NCBI GenBank assembly: GCA_965217035.1 | Contig: OZ244226.1 | Location: 2,958,146-3,022,145, forward strand | Reading direction: 5' to 3' | DNA length: 64,000 nt | From: Bacteriovoracaceae bacterium | Lineage (GTDB): Bacteria; Bdellovibrionota; Bacteriovoracia; Bacteriovoracales; Bacteriovoracaceae | Shown: piece by piece, positions 40,921 to 51,052 of the stretch | Layout: every line of letters starts with the position of its first letter | Position numbering within the stretch: the first letter of the stretch is position 1 | Program-made: the position numbers and the translations under genes | The notes under the pieces: model-generated | Database searches by the model: none | Seen by the model: only the letters and a program-made list of their open reading frames with translations | What the model was told of the DNA's origin: nothing

Positions 40921-41576
40921 TTTCAGAAGCCGCGATTACAGAGTTCTTTCTTCAATATGCTTATTCACCAAATTATGTGTATTTAGGTGTTGTTGCTTTC
41001 ATGACTATGAGTAGCTTTGGGCTTCCTATTCCTGAAGAAATCATTTTAGTAAGTTGTGGCTTTATTGCTTATATGACCTTAAATCCTGATTTATATCCGC
41101 CCCCGTCTCCTGACTCTACAGGAGTCGATTTAATCACGCTCTCTATTGTGTGTTTCCTGGCAGTTCTGCTCAGCGATATGGTGATCTTCTGGCTTGGGAA
41201 GTTTTTTGGGCCGAAAATCTTTGCAAGTAAGTTTTTTAAAAAAAATTTTAATGAAAAACATCTCGATAAAGTGAACTCTTGGTATAAAAAATATGGAGCT
41301 TGGGTTTGTGGTGTTTTCCGTTTTACTCCAGGGCTTCGTTTTCCGGGTCATATGAGTTGTGGAATGATGGGTGTGAAGTTGTGGAAGTTTCTCGCTGTTG
41401 ATGGAACAGCGGCTTTAATTACTGTACCGACCCAAGTTGTTTTTGTTGCTTATTATGGAAAAGAAATCCTCACTTATTTCAAGCAATTCAAAATGGCGCT
41501 CGGTGGAGTAATCCTCTTGTTCGTTGCCTATAAATTAATAAATAAATATCGTAGTAAGAAAGCTTCGAAAGCCTAG
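40917..41576 (+). CDS. DedA family membrane protein
   Basis: GLPIPEE, SDMVIFWLG, FRFTPGLR, KFLAVD. Confidence 0.9.
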   Translation: MISEAAITEFFLQYAYSPNYVYLGVVAFMTMSSFGLPIPEEIILVSCGFIAYMTLNPDLYPPPSPDSTGVDLITLSIVCFLAVLLSDMVIFWLGKFFGPKIFASKFFKKNFNEKHLDKVNSWYKKYGAWVCGVFRFTPGLRFPGHMSCGMMGVKLWKFLAVDGTAALITVPTQVVFVAYYGKEILTYFKQFKMALGGVILLFVAYKLINKYRSKKASKA

Positions 41577-41645
41577 GCATTTGTTATTCTTTTTGATTAA
41601 AACTCACCAAAGGTTATAATGGTAAGGTAAGTAAGGAGACTTGTT

Positions 41646-42170
41646 ATGAGAATTATCGATTATATTAGTGAAGGTGGCCCAATTATGTATCTTTTGGTTC
41701 TGCTGAATATTATCGGTTTCACAATTATCTTTTGGAAAATTTTTAGTCTCTATTCTATTAAAAAAGAACTTGATTCATGGGCGAATAAAATTCTTAAGAA
41801 TTTTAATGAAAAGATTAAAAGCTCAAGCGTTGATGAGTCAGTCAAACATGATCTCCTCAAAGGAGAGATTGTGAATTCGCTTTCCGCGTTTGAGACGGGA
41901 TTGAATACAGTTAAAATTATTGCTTCGATTGCACCTCTCTTAGGATTACTGGGAACCGTTATTGGTATCCTTTCGGCTTTTGAGGTTATTGCTCAAAGAG
42001 GTCTTAGCGATCCTTCTCTCTTTGCTGGGGGGATTTCAATGGCCCTTATTACTACGGTTGGTGGGCTTATTGTCGCTATTCCACATCTCATCGGGCATAA
42101 CTATCTTATGAGTGCTCTCGATAAAATTGAAGTTCTTCTCGAAGATAAAGTTCTTCCTAAGGTATTTTAA
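41646..42170 (+). CDS. exbB: MotA/TolQ/ExbB proton channel protein
   Basis: GGPIM, IAPLLGLLGTVIGI, GISMALITTVGGL.VAIP. Confidence 0.88.
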   Translation: MRIIDYISEGGPIMYLLVLLNIIGFTIIFWKIFSLYSIKKELDSWANKILKNFNEKIKSSSVDESVKHDLLKGEIVNSLSAFETGLNTVKIIASIAPLLGLLGTVIGILSAFEVIAQRGLSDPSLFAGGISMALITTVGGLIVAIPHLIGHNYLMSALDKIEVLLEDKVLPKVF

Positions 42171-42173
42171 TTT

Positions 42174-42566
42174 ATGGCAAGAAAAAGAAGAGAGCAGATA
42201 ACTCCTGAGCTTACACCTCTTATTGATGTAGTTTTTCTACTGCTTATTTTCTTTCTTGTTTCAAGTGTTTTCAAAAAAGAAGAATTTGCTCTTCTCTTAA
42301 ACTTACCAGTTACTGAACAGGGTGAAGGTGCTGAGAGTAAGACTAAAGAAATTACAATTGAAATTAATAATGATGATATTGCTGTTAATGGTAAAAAAAT
42401 AGCAGCTGCAGAGTTGGAATCAACTCTTTCAACTTATGATAAAGCAGTGAGTGTTAATATCAGAGCGGATGAAGAAGCTCGTTACAAACGTCTCATTCAA
42501 GTCCTTGAAGTTCTTCAAAAACAGAAAAAAGAGAACATTTCTCTTATCACCGATAAGAAAAAATAA
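42174..42566 (+). CDS. exbD: Biopolymer transport protein ExbD/TolR
   Basis: LTPLIDVVFLLLIFF, IRAD. Confidence 0.9.
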   Translation: MARKRREQITPELTPLIDVVFLLLIFFLVSSVFKKEEFALLLNLPVTEQGEGAESKTKEITIEINNDDIAVNGKKIAAAELESTLSTYDKAVSVNIRADEEARYKRLIQVLEVLQKQKKENISLITDKKK

Positions 42567-42686
42567 AGAATTCTTACATTCCCGACTCTTTAAGTTTCTG
42601 TAAGTTGACTTAATTTCTTACATATCTGAGAATTTTACTACCTTTTATCAATGAAGATTAAAGATTGTAAACAAGGAACGTTTAAA

Positions 42687-44189
42687 ATGAGAATAATTCT
42701 TACATCCTGCCTGATTGTACTTCTAACAATGACAAGCCTCAATGCCAGCACGCTTGCGATCATCGATTCCGGTGTTGATTATCTCCATAAGGATTTGGCC
42801 GATCAGATGTGGAAAAACCCTGGTGAGATCCCTGATAACCGTCGTGATGATGATGGGAATCTTTTCCGTGATGATGTTTACGGATGGAATTTTGCCGCTG
42901 GGAATAACCAAGTTATTAATTATAACTACCTTGGAACTTTCTCTCAGGATCCCTATAAGTTTTTAGAAATTCAAAGTCGTTATATCAAAGGCGATGCGAG
43001 TGAAGAAGAACTTGCTTGGATGAAAAGTAAAAGAGAAGATAAAGACTTCATCAAAGAAATGCAGATTTTTGGAAACTTTGCTCATGGAACTCATGTCGCA
43101 AGAATTTCTTCTCGAATTGCAACGAAGTCTAAGATCATGGCCATTAAGCTCCTTGCTACTGAACGAGGAGAGGCTCAATCATGGTTGAGAGATATCGCCA
43201 AAAGTTCTCATAAAATCCACAGACTCTTTGGTTCGAATGATTCGATTGTCCTCAAAGGCGGTGGGGGAAAGAAAAAGAAAGGAAAGAATCAGGCAGCGCT
43301 TTTAAGAAAAGCTCTTAAAACTTTAGCTGAGCAACAAATAACACTTCTCGAAAGTTCATTCCGTTACGCTTCTGAACAAGGGGCTACTGTCGTCAATGGA
43401 TCATTTGGAACTTCTTTTAATATGATTAAAGTCCTTACTGATAATGCTTTTAGAATCATTTATCTGAGAAAGCCTTCGAAAGAAGAGTCAGACAAAACGG
43501 CAAAACTTTATTTTAAATTTAATCTTGATGCTCTGAAAGCAAGCTTAATGCAATTTCCTAAGATCTTGTTTGTCTTTGCCGCTGGGAATGATGGGTTGAA
43601 TAATGATATTTATCCTTCGAGCCCTGCAAATGTTAGACTTCCTAACGTCATGACTGTTGCCGCGACTGTTGAGTCTAAATCACTAGCGAGTTTTTCAAAC
43701 TATGGAGCTTCTAAAGTCGATGTTGCAGCTCCTGGAGTCGGGATTCTTTCTGCTGTTCCGTCTAAGAGTCATGGTGACGAAGTTTTCATGAGTGGAACGA
43801 GCCAGGCTTCTCCTTATGTTGCTGGAGTTGTAGCTCAGGTGAGAGCGATCAATCCTAAACTCAGTTCTGAAGAGGTTAAAAAGATCGTTATGAAAACGGT
43901 TGATAATAAGGAATTTCTCTTTAGAAAAGTTGCAACTTCAGGAGTTGTAAACTCTTCTAGGGCGAATTTTGCTGCCGTTCAATCAAAAAAAGTTGATCTT
44001 GATCAAGCGATTTCACTTTCTAGAGCTGAAATTCAACCAGAGATAAGTCCTGAGTCTGATTTGAAAGTAAAGGTGAATAATTCAAATCTTATTCTGACTA
44101 ACAATTCAAGTCTTGGTGATTTATCAAGTAAAGAAGAAGAAATCTCAAAAGATGTTTCTAAGCTAGTTAAAGAAATTAAAAAGAATTAA
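42687..44189 (+). CDS. S8 subtilisin-like serine protease
   Basis: AIIDSG, HGTHVA, AAGNDG, SGTSQASP; signal peptide from ATG 42687. Confidence 0.93.
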   Translation: MRIILTSCLIVLLTMTSLNASTLAIIDSGVDYLHKDLADQMWKNPGEIPDNRRDDDGNLFRDDVYGWNFAAGNNQVINYNYLGTFSQDPYKFLEIQSRYIKGDASEEELAWMKSKREDKDFIKEMQIFGNFAHGTHVARISSRIATKSKIMAIKLLATERGEAQSWLRDIAKSSHKIHRLFGSNDSIVLKGGGGKKKKGKNQAALLRKALKTLAEQQITLLESSFRYASEQGATVVNGSFGTSFNMIKVLTDNAFRIIYLRKPSKEESDKTAKLYFKFNLDALKASLMQFPKILFVFAAGNDGLNNDIYPSSPANVRLPNVMTVAATVESKSLASFSNYGASKVDVAAPGVGILSAVPSKSHGDEVFMSGTSQASPYVAGVVAQVRAINPKLSSEEVKKIVMKTVDNKEFLFRKVATSGVVNSSRANFAAVQSKKVDLDQAISLSRAEIQPEISPESDLKVKVNNSNLILTNNSSLGDLSSKEEEISKDVSKLVKEIKKN

Positions 44190-45355
44190 GAATAAATAAG
44201 GAAAGGCTCACGAGTAGAAGAGAACTTGTGAGCTTTTTCAATTTGATCAAGCTCTTCATTTTTTCCATTTGATTCAATCCATAAACGCAATTTATCAGTT
44301 CCATTGATCATATCAATTGGAGGTTTTTCATATTCGTATTCATAAGGTGGTTGCTTCCATTGAAAATGATCACCTAGGTGGTGGTAAAGTTCTCGACAGA
44401 GAATTTGATTAAGTTTCCAAGGCCTAAATGTTTTAGGATCAGTGACATGAATCTGAAAACCACCACAGCTTTTCCCTGCATGTTTTTGAAAAGTAGGAAG
44501 GAATTGAATCGGTCTTAAAACAAAACCTTCGAGATCTTTAATCTGGTTTTGGATTGATTCTAAAAATTTAAAAGGTTCGAGAGCAGGATGTCCGATGAAC
44601 TCCAAGCTTCTGGTTGTTCCTCGTCCTTCAGAAATATTAGTTCCCTCAAAGATAACAGTTCCCACAAAAGGGAATGCAGCCTCAGGTGTCGCGAGGTTAG
44701 GACTCGGCAAGACCCAAGGGATCTGAGTTTCACTGAAGATCATAGATCGCTTCCAGCCATCCATTTCAATAATTTCTAACTCGCAACTGTCTTGCCAGAG
44801 CTTATTGGCCATTAAAGCAATTTCTCCTATAGTCATTCCATGGCGGACAGGGAGTTCATGAAGACCTACGAAAGATTTGAACTTTAGATCCAGCATATTC
44901 CCTTCAAGTGTTAGCCCGTCAATCGGATTAGGACGATCAAGAACGACGACTTTTATTCCTTTCTGGGCACATCTCTTCATCATGAGAGTCATACTATAGA
45001 TATATGTATAAATTCGGCAGCCAACATCTTGAAGGTCGATAAAGACAGTATCAATATCTTTAAGCATTTCGTCGGTGGGCTCTCGTGTTTCGCTATAAAG
45101 ACTGTAGATAGGTCTTTTAAAGTAGGGATGATTCGTATGAGGAGTTTCAACCATATTGTCTTGAACATCACTAACAAGACCATGTTGAGGAGAGAATATC
45201 TTGCTCCACCGTTCACCAAATTTACTTTCAAATAGGCTAAGTGCATGATTGATATTGCTATCAATAGAAGCCGAATGGCAGAGAAGAGCAATATTCCCTG
45301 GGTAATTTTCAGCAGGTAATTTTTTTAGTTGATCGAGTCCGAGTTTCACTCCCAT
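44186..45355 (-). CDS. namZ: Exo-beta-N-acetylmuramidase NamZ (DUF1343)
   Basis: FSPQHG, DLQDVGCRIYTY, LDRPNPI, RHGMTIGE, PSPN, SEGRGTT. Confidence 0.9.
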   Translation of the reverse strand: MGVKLGLDQLKKLPAENYPGNIALLCHSASIDSNINHALSLFESKFGERWSKIFSPQHGLVSDVQDNMVETPHTNHPYFKRPIYSLYSETREPTDEMLKDIDTVFIDLQDVGCRIYTYIYSMTLMMKRCAQKGIKVVVLDRPNPIDGLTLEGNMLDLKFKSFVGLHELPVRHGMTIGEIALMANKLWQDSCELEIIEMDGWKRSMIFSETQIPWVLPSPNLATPEAAFPFVGTVIFEGTNISEGRGTTRSLEFIGHPALEPFKFLESIQNQIKDLEGFVLRPIQFLPTFQKHAGKSCGGFQIHVTDPKTFRPWKLNQILCRELYHHLGDHFQWKQPPYEYEYEKPPIDMINGTDKLRLWIESNGKNEELDQIEKAHKFSSTREPFLIYS

Positions 45356-45509
45356 CCCTTAAAAATATCTTAATTCTTCAAAAAAGTCATTGGGCTGAAA
45401 AGGGCCATAGTTTTGACTTAAAAGTTATAAAATTTGGTTTTGAAATCGGTTCGAAGAAGTGGAATAATAATTTGGTGTTATAAAGAGTGTAAATAAAAAA
45501 AATGGAGTA

Positions 45510-46307
45510 GTGATGAAGCAATACCTCGCTCTGATGGATAAAGTTTTAAAAGAAGGAACGACTAAGGAAGATAGAACAGGGACTGGAACCTATTCAATTT
45601 TTGGGCATCAGATGCGCTTCAATTTAGAAGAAGGGTTTCCGCTCGTTACAACTAAGAAGATTCATTTGAAGTCTGTGATCCATGAGCTTCTTTGGTTTCT
45701 TAAAGGCTCGAGTAATATTGCTTATCTCAAAGACCATGGTGTTCGTATTTGGGATGAGTGGGCCGACGAGAATGGAGAACTTGGGCCCGTTTATGGTGTT
45801 CAATGGAGGAGCTGGCCGGCACCAAACGGTCGATCAGTTGATCAAATAGCCAGCCTTATTAAAAATATTAAAGAGAATCCTAATAGTCGAAGACTTCTCG
45901 TTAATGCATGGAACGTTTCTGAAATTGAAAATATGGCATTACCACCATGTCATACGATGTTTCAATTCTATGTTGCTGATGGAAAACTTTCCTGTCAGCT
46001 CTATCAAAGATCGGCAGATATTTTTCTTGGAGTTCCTTTTAATATTGCCTCTTACTCATTACTCACTATGATGGTGGCGCAAGTAACTGGACTTAAGCCC
46101 GGTGATTTTATTCATACTTTAGGTGATGCTCACCTTTACTCAAACCATCTTGATCAAGCAAAACTCCAACTTTCAAGAACTCCTTATTCTCTTCCAACAT
46201 TAAAAATGAATCCCGATGTGAAAAATATTGATGATTTCAGGTTTGAAGACTTTGAAATTGTCGACTACGAATGTCATCCACATATTAAAGGAGTTGTTGC
46301 CGTTTGA
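45510..46307 (+). CDS. thyA: Thymidylate synthase
   Basis: [34 protein letters not shown]. Confidence 0.98.
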   Translation: MMKQYLALMDKVLKEGTTKEDRTGTGTYSIFGHQMRFNLEEGFPLVTTKKIHLKSVIHELLWFLKGSSNIAYLKDHGVRIWDEWADENGELGPVYGVQWRSWPAPNGRSVDQIASLIKNIKENPNSRRLLVNAWNVSEIENMALPPCHTMFQFYVADGKLSCQLYQRSADIFLGVPFNIASYSLLTMMVAQVTGLKPGDFIHTLGDAHLYSNHLDQAKLQLSRTPYSLPTLKMNPDVKNIDDFRFEDFEIVDYECHPHIKGVVAV

Positions 46308-46807
46308 AGTATTCTATCATCGTTGCAAAATCTTTAAATAATGTCATTGGCGTTAATAATGAACTGCCCTGGAAGCTCAGTGGAGATCTGAAAGTTTTTA
46401 AGAAAACGACGATGGGTCATTCTATTATTATGGGGAGAAAAACGTTTGAATCGATTGGTAAGGCCTTGCCTGGCAGAAAAAACTTTGTCCTTACCAGTAA
46501 CACAGAGCTCGAAGACAGTGAAAATCTTTATTTTTGTCGTTCATTTGAAGAGGTGGAAAGTAAGTTAAAAGAATTTTCTCAGAAGAATGCTTTTATTATT
46601 GGTGGAGCTCAAATTTATAAGGACTTTTTTGATAAGGCAGATTGTCTCTATATTACAGATGTTCACGTTGAGTTAGAAGGAGATGCCTATTTTCCTGAAT
46701 TTAATATAAAAGAATGGAAGTGTGTCGAGTTTTTTGATGCTCCGAAAGATGCTGAAAATGATTATCCCTGGACTCGAAAAGTTTTTATAAAAAAGGAATC
46801 TTCTTGA
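46304..46807 (+). CDS. folA: Dihydrofolate reductase
   Basis: [35 protein letters not shown]. Confidence 0.96.
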   Translation: MKYSIIVAKSLNNVIGVNNELPWKLSGDLKVFKKTTMGHSIIMGRKTFESIGKALPGRKNFVLTSNTELEDSENLYFCRSFEEVESKLKEFSQKNAFIIGGAQIYKDFFDKADCLYITDVHVELEGDAYFPEFNIKEWKCVEFFDAPKDAENDYPWTRKVFIKKESS

Positions 46808-47694
46808 TCGAAATTATCATACTGATCATGATTCAAATCTTATTTGGAGTAAATTTCATTACATCTAAGTTTTCTTTGATGACGATGGATCCTTTTAGTT
46901 TTTCTGCTTTTCGATTTTTAATTTCGGGAGTCGTGTTAGGACTTTATGTCATGTTATTTGCAAAGTCTGAAGCAAAGTTAACAAGACAAGTTTGGAAATT
47001 GATCTTCTTGAATGCCTTTTTTGGTGTTGCCATGGGACAGTCCCTGTTCATGTGGGGAATTAAACTTTCTGGTGCTATCAATGCTTCTGTTTTGGCCATC
47101 TCGATACCACTTTTTACTCTTCTTGTTTCTTATCTCAGAAAACAAGTGGTCTTGAATAAGTTTAAAATAATAGGAATTATTGGAGCTTTTGTTGGAGTCG
47201 CTTTTCTGAAAGGAGAGAGTATTATCCAGATGAAGACTGATAATCTCATAGGAGATCTTTGTCTTTTAGGAGCTTGTTTTGCCTTAGGGTTTTTTATTTC
47301 TATTTCTAAAGATCTTTATACCCAATGTTCGGCTAAGCTTGGAAGCTCTTTGATCTTTCTTGTAGGGGGCGGCATGCTTTTACCCCTTGGCCTTTTGATG
47401 CCGACTTCTTATAAACCTGAACTTATGACTGAAAACCCATATTTTATTAGTATTATCTTTTCAGTGATTGGTGGAACCTTGATGACTTATTTTTTGAATG
47501 GATGGGTCATCAAAAGAGTAGATCCTGTAAAACTTTCTCTTTTTATTTACCTTCAGCCTGTGGTTGCGAGTTTGATCGCTTATTTCTATCTTGGAGAGTC
47601 ATTAACAGCTTATAAAATCATAGCGAGTGTGGTGATCTTTGGCTCAGTACTTCTTTCTTTAAAAGAAACTACCAATAGGAAATCCAACGGATAA
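46804..47694 (+). CDS. DMT/EamA family transporter
   Basis: About 10 TM helices in two repeats; YLQPVVAS..LGE. Confidence 0.88.
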   Translation: MIEIIILIMIQILFGVNFITSKFSLMTMDPFSFSAFRFLISGVVLGLYVMLFAKSEAKLTRQVWKLIFLNAFFGVAMGQSLFMWGIKLSGAINASVLAISIPLFTLLVSYLRKQVVLNKFKIIGIIGAFVGVAFLKGESIIQMKTDNLIGDLCLLGACFALGFFISISKDLYTQCSAKLGSSLIFLVGGGMLLPLGLLMPTSYKPELMTENPYFISIIFSVIGGTLMTYFLNGWVIKRVDPVKLSLFIYLQPVVASLIAYFYLGESLTAYKIIASVVIFGSVLLSLKETTNRKSNG

Positions 47695-48849
47695 GCCCCA
47701 GCTTTTTGTATAAATCTCTTTGTTTTCCTTTCGATAAGAAAGAAAATTAACTTCCCAGAAAAAACTTTTTCCCCATCGGATCCAAACGTTTTTATAATCG
47801 GTTCCTTGACCGGGGGAAAGAAACATGCCTAGGCCAACGAGGTATCCTTCGATCCCAAATAAATGATGCCAGGTTAATTCAAAACCTTGAGGAGCAATGA
47901 GATCGCTGAAGGTTTCTTTTTTAAAATCATTACGAACATTAATTCCTTGAAAGCCGATGAGAGGAGTGAGTTTTAGAAGGCCATCAAAGGCGGCGGCCAT
48001 TGTGTAGGCATAATACATTCCCATATTATTGAAAAACATACTTTCATTATAGGCAAAAAAGTTAAACATTCTTAATGAATTATCGCCTGATAAGAAAAAA
48101 TTTCCATAAAGCATGATAGGGGAAATGATGACATCTTTCTGGAAGTCTTCTTGAATGAAAGAAAATTCATAAGGACCTAATCCTAAGGCAAGATTAAGAC
48201 GTTTCTTTCTTTCACGCATTTTATAGCTAATCTTGATTTCTTTTTTTTCTCGATTTTGATTTTCAATCAAAATTGTTTTTGTTCCTGATTTTCGAGCAAG
48301 AACATTGATGTCGTTGACTTCCCAATGTGGTATTTTGACAACAATTTTTAGAATATTCTTAAGGCCAAAAGTTTCCCCAAAAACGTCGACAAAACAACTT
48401 GCAGTCAGAGGAAGATCATCAGCTCCTTCAATCTTTACTTGGTAGCGAATGCAGTCATAATCGATATGATGAAGTTTCTCCTTTCCTGTATAGTAAAAAT
48501 GAACTTTGGTACCACTCACTTCAATATAATCCGAATCAAAAAGCGAGAACTTCACATAAGATTTTTTTGTCTTACTATTAAGTTCAAAATGGTATTCTTT
48601 GCCTTTATAAGTCATATATTTTGCAGGTAGTTTTTTTGGAACTTTAATTGATACATGAACATAAGGTTTTAAAATATTTCCAAGTCTTTCCCAATAAAGA
48701 GTTTCTTCATCAAACTTTACTTCTATATATTTTTGATATTCTCCTTGAATGCTAGGTTTCATATTCGAAAGTTTTAAATCAACTCTCGGAATTCCCTTTG
48801 ATATTGAAAAAGCACTTAAAGGAAGTAGTAAAAACAAGACCAATCTCAT
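47659..48849 (-). CDS. Secreted hypothetical protein, possible outer-membrane beta-barrel C-terminus
   Basis: Signal peptide; alternating aromatic strands ending in F. Confidence 0.55.
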   Translation of the reverse strand: MRLVLFLLLPLSAFSISKGIPRVDLKLSNMKPSIQGEYQKYIEVKFDEETLYWERLGNILKPYVHVSIKVPKKLPAKYMTYKGKEYHFELNSKTKKSYVKFSLFDSDYIEVSGTKVHFYYTGKEKLHHIDYDCIRYQVKIEGADDLPLTASCFVDVFGETFGLKNILKIVVKIPHWEVNDINVLARKSGTKTILIENQNREKKEIKISYKMRERKKRLNLALGLGPYEFSFIQEDFQKDVIISPIMLYGNFFLSGDNSLRMFNFFAYNESMFFNNMGMYYAYTMAAAFDGLLKLTPLIGFQGINVRNDFKKETFSDLIAPQGFELTWHHLFGIEGYLVGLGMFLSPGQGTDYKNVWIRWGKSFFWEVNFLSYRKENKEIYTKSWGLSVGFPIGSFF

Positions 48850-49007
48850 TCAATCATTATAAGGAGGCAAACTTGTAAAGACAGGAGAGCAATATTCACC
48901 TGTCTGTGTAAATTAAATTTATTTCAGTTGCGCTGATAAAAGAATACCCTTCCAATTCAGTCTTCTTTTTGTCACAGTTATAAGAAGCAATATCTAAGGA
49001 GGAGTAT

Positions 49008-49712
49008 ATGAAATTTGCATTATTTTTAGGCTTAGTTGTTTCTGCATCAGCTTGGTCGCAGACTTCCTATGAAGTTGATCAGCAAATCAGACAAGTGCAG
49101 AGTAAGTTAAGTCGTCTTCAAAATAGGCTTAATTCAATGCCGCAAAATCGTCTCAGAAAATTGAGTACGAAACTTGATAAAATTCAGGGACTTCTAAGAG
49201 GCGGTAATTCAGGCGGTCCTATTGGAAGAAGAGTAACAATTTCAGGAAATATTGAAAGCTCTTCCTTTGTTTATGAAGTCAGTGACTCATTTGATCTTGC
49301 TCGTAATTGTATTAATGAGTTCAAAGGTAAATTAAGATCTGTTAATGAGATGAGGCTCTCGGTTAACTTTAGACCTCAAGTTTCTTTAAAGAAATCTCTT
49401 GGTTGGTGGGCAGGAGCAGGTGATTATTGTAGTAAACTTTCTGAAGCTGCATTTAATGAAGGATTGAGAGCTCCTAGATTTGGTTCTTTTGCAGTTGCTG
49501 GAAGTATTGGTAGTACTGCTTTTATTTTTGAAGGGTATTCTTTACGTGATGTCCTTTTACAATGTAATGATTTTTATACGAGATCAAAGCTTCGTTTAGT
49601 CGATGAAGTTACTATTTTTAATGGGGAGAGAAGAGTTGTTAAAGAGAAATCTCCTGGCTGGTGGAGCTCATCTTCTGAAGTTTGTAATATGATAGTTCAA
49701 GAGTTGAGATAG
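49008..49712 (+). CDS. Secreted hypothetical protein with duplicated Cys/GWW domain
   Basis: Strong AGGAGG RBS; signal peptide; two internal repeats. Confidence 0.75.
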   Translation: MKFALFLGLVVSASAWSQTSYEVDQQIRQVQSKLSRLQNRLNSMPQNRLRKLSTKLDKIQGLLRGGNSGGPIGRRVTISGNIESSSFVYEVSDSFDLARNCINEFKGKLRSVNEMRLSVNFRPQVSLKKSLGWWAGAGDYCSKLSEAAFNEGLRAPRFGSFAVAGSIGSTAFIFEGYSLRDVLLQCNDFYTRSKLRLVDEVTIFNGERRVVKEKSPGWWSSSSEVCNMIVQELR

Positions 49713-49843
49713 TCTTTCAAGGGTCTACTTTCTTTGTCAGTAGGCCCTCTTTTTAAGTAATCCTAAGTATCTAATTTTTCATTGTTTTTTGGAATTATTT
49801 TCTAGCTGAGTTCAATAGTTGATATTTATTATAATATAAAGTC

Positions 49844-51052
49844 ATGAAAAACTTAATTATTGCTCTTGTAGTTTCTTTATCAACTAATATTTTTTCCGAG
49901 ATCAATTGTACAGACTTTTCAGGTAATTGGTATCAAAGATTTAGCACTCCTGAAAATCGTAGGCTTGAGTGGGAAGATCCAAATCCTGATAGAAATATGA
50001 GCTTTTATTCGATTTATTATAATGTTACAGCAGAGCTTTCAGGTCAGTTCTCGAAAAGAAAATCAAACATTAAAAATGGAGAAAAAGTGACCTCTGAGCT
50101 GAAGAAGGCCTTGGGTGAAGATTTAGTTTCAGGAAACATTACGAGTGTTTATGGCCCAGGAAGACAAAGGGTTTGGGGACCAAGTAGATTTTTAAGTGTC
50201 CCGATTAGCCCAAAAATTGAATTTAAAAATTCAAAAAATAGTATTATCGGATTTGGGCAAGCAACATGGTTGGAAAGCTCCAATAGAGTAAGTGCTAGAG
50301 AGGCAATGGGGTTAGGGCTATCCGTTCATGGACCATTAGTTCAAATGGATCTCACCTATGCTGACATTGCTTATTATCAGTTTCAAGGAGCCTCAGAGAT
50401 TAAATGGAAAGGTAAATTGATTCCTGGGCATGGGAAAAAAGCTGATGATTTTGGGCCTGGCCATCCCCATGGTTATGGTGCAATGACTTTGCCTCATTAT
50501 TTTGGAAATTCCAAGATAACAATTAGTAAAGTAGGTGAGGATAATTTTATAAATCCGTATGGAATTGAAAAATATAAATCTAAAGAAACTCTCGCACAAG
50601 CATTACTAGGAGATTTAAAGAAGCTTGGTAGTCCTCGATTTGATGATATTCTTCGAAGTAGAGATATTAATACTGTTATTTCTAGAAATAAGATGGATAC
50701 CAAACAAGTTTTCCAATTTGATGATCTCGAGAGAGTAACATTTCCCTCAAATCAAAAACGAAAAATTGACCTTATTATTAACTATCAGCAGTCAAATCGT
50801 GGGTTAAAAAGAGTATTGACTCAGTTTACAGGTGGGCAAAAACCTCAGTTCAAAGAAGTTCAAATTACAGGTGAGGTTGAAGCCGTTTATATTGCATTAG
50901 GTGAAGTTCAAATGGTGACTTTTAAAGAAGGGACAACTAAGGTCATTGCTCGTAGTGATGTTCATGAAGAAATTAAATTCGAACCAGATTGGGGCGTTTT
51001 TGATTGGGTTGTTGGCGAGAGTTTGCCTCGACATCTCAAGATAGGTGATTAA
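49844..51052 (+). CDS. Secreted protein resembling the C-terminal domain of long-form phenylalanine hydroxylases
   Basis: Signal peptide; QFQGASEIKWKGKLIPGHG..HPHGYG and FEPDWGVFDWVVG motifs. Confidence 0.5.
   Translation: MKNLIIALVVSLSTNIFSEINCTDFSGNWYQRFSTPENRRLEWEDPNPDRNMSFYSIYYNVTAELSGQFSKRKSNIKNGEKVTSELKKALGEDLVSGNITSVYGPGRQRVWGPSRFLSVPISPKIEFKNSKNSIIGFGQATWLESSNRVSAREAMGLGLSVHGPLVQMDLTYADIAYYQFQGASEIKWKGKLIPGHGKKADDFGPGHPHGYGAMTLPHYFGNSKITISKVGEDNFINPYGIEKYKSKETLAQALLGDLKKLGSPRFDDILRSRDINTVISRNKMDTKQVFQFDDLERVTFPSNQKRKIDLIINYQQSNRGLKRVLTQFTGGQKPQFKEVQITGEVEAVYIALGEVQMVTFKEGTTKVIARSDVHEEIKFEPDWGVFDWVVGESLPRHLKIGD

Noticed and set aside
41646..42566. exbBD as a Zorya-type defence motor
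   Set aside because: Short canonical ExbB/ExbD with no ZorA tail, OmpA-like domain or effector genes
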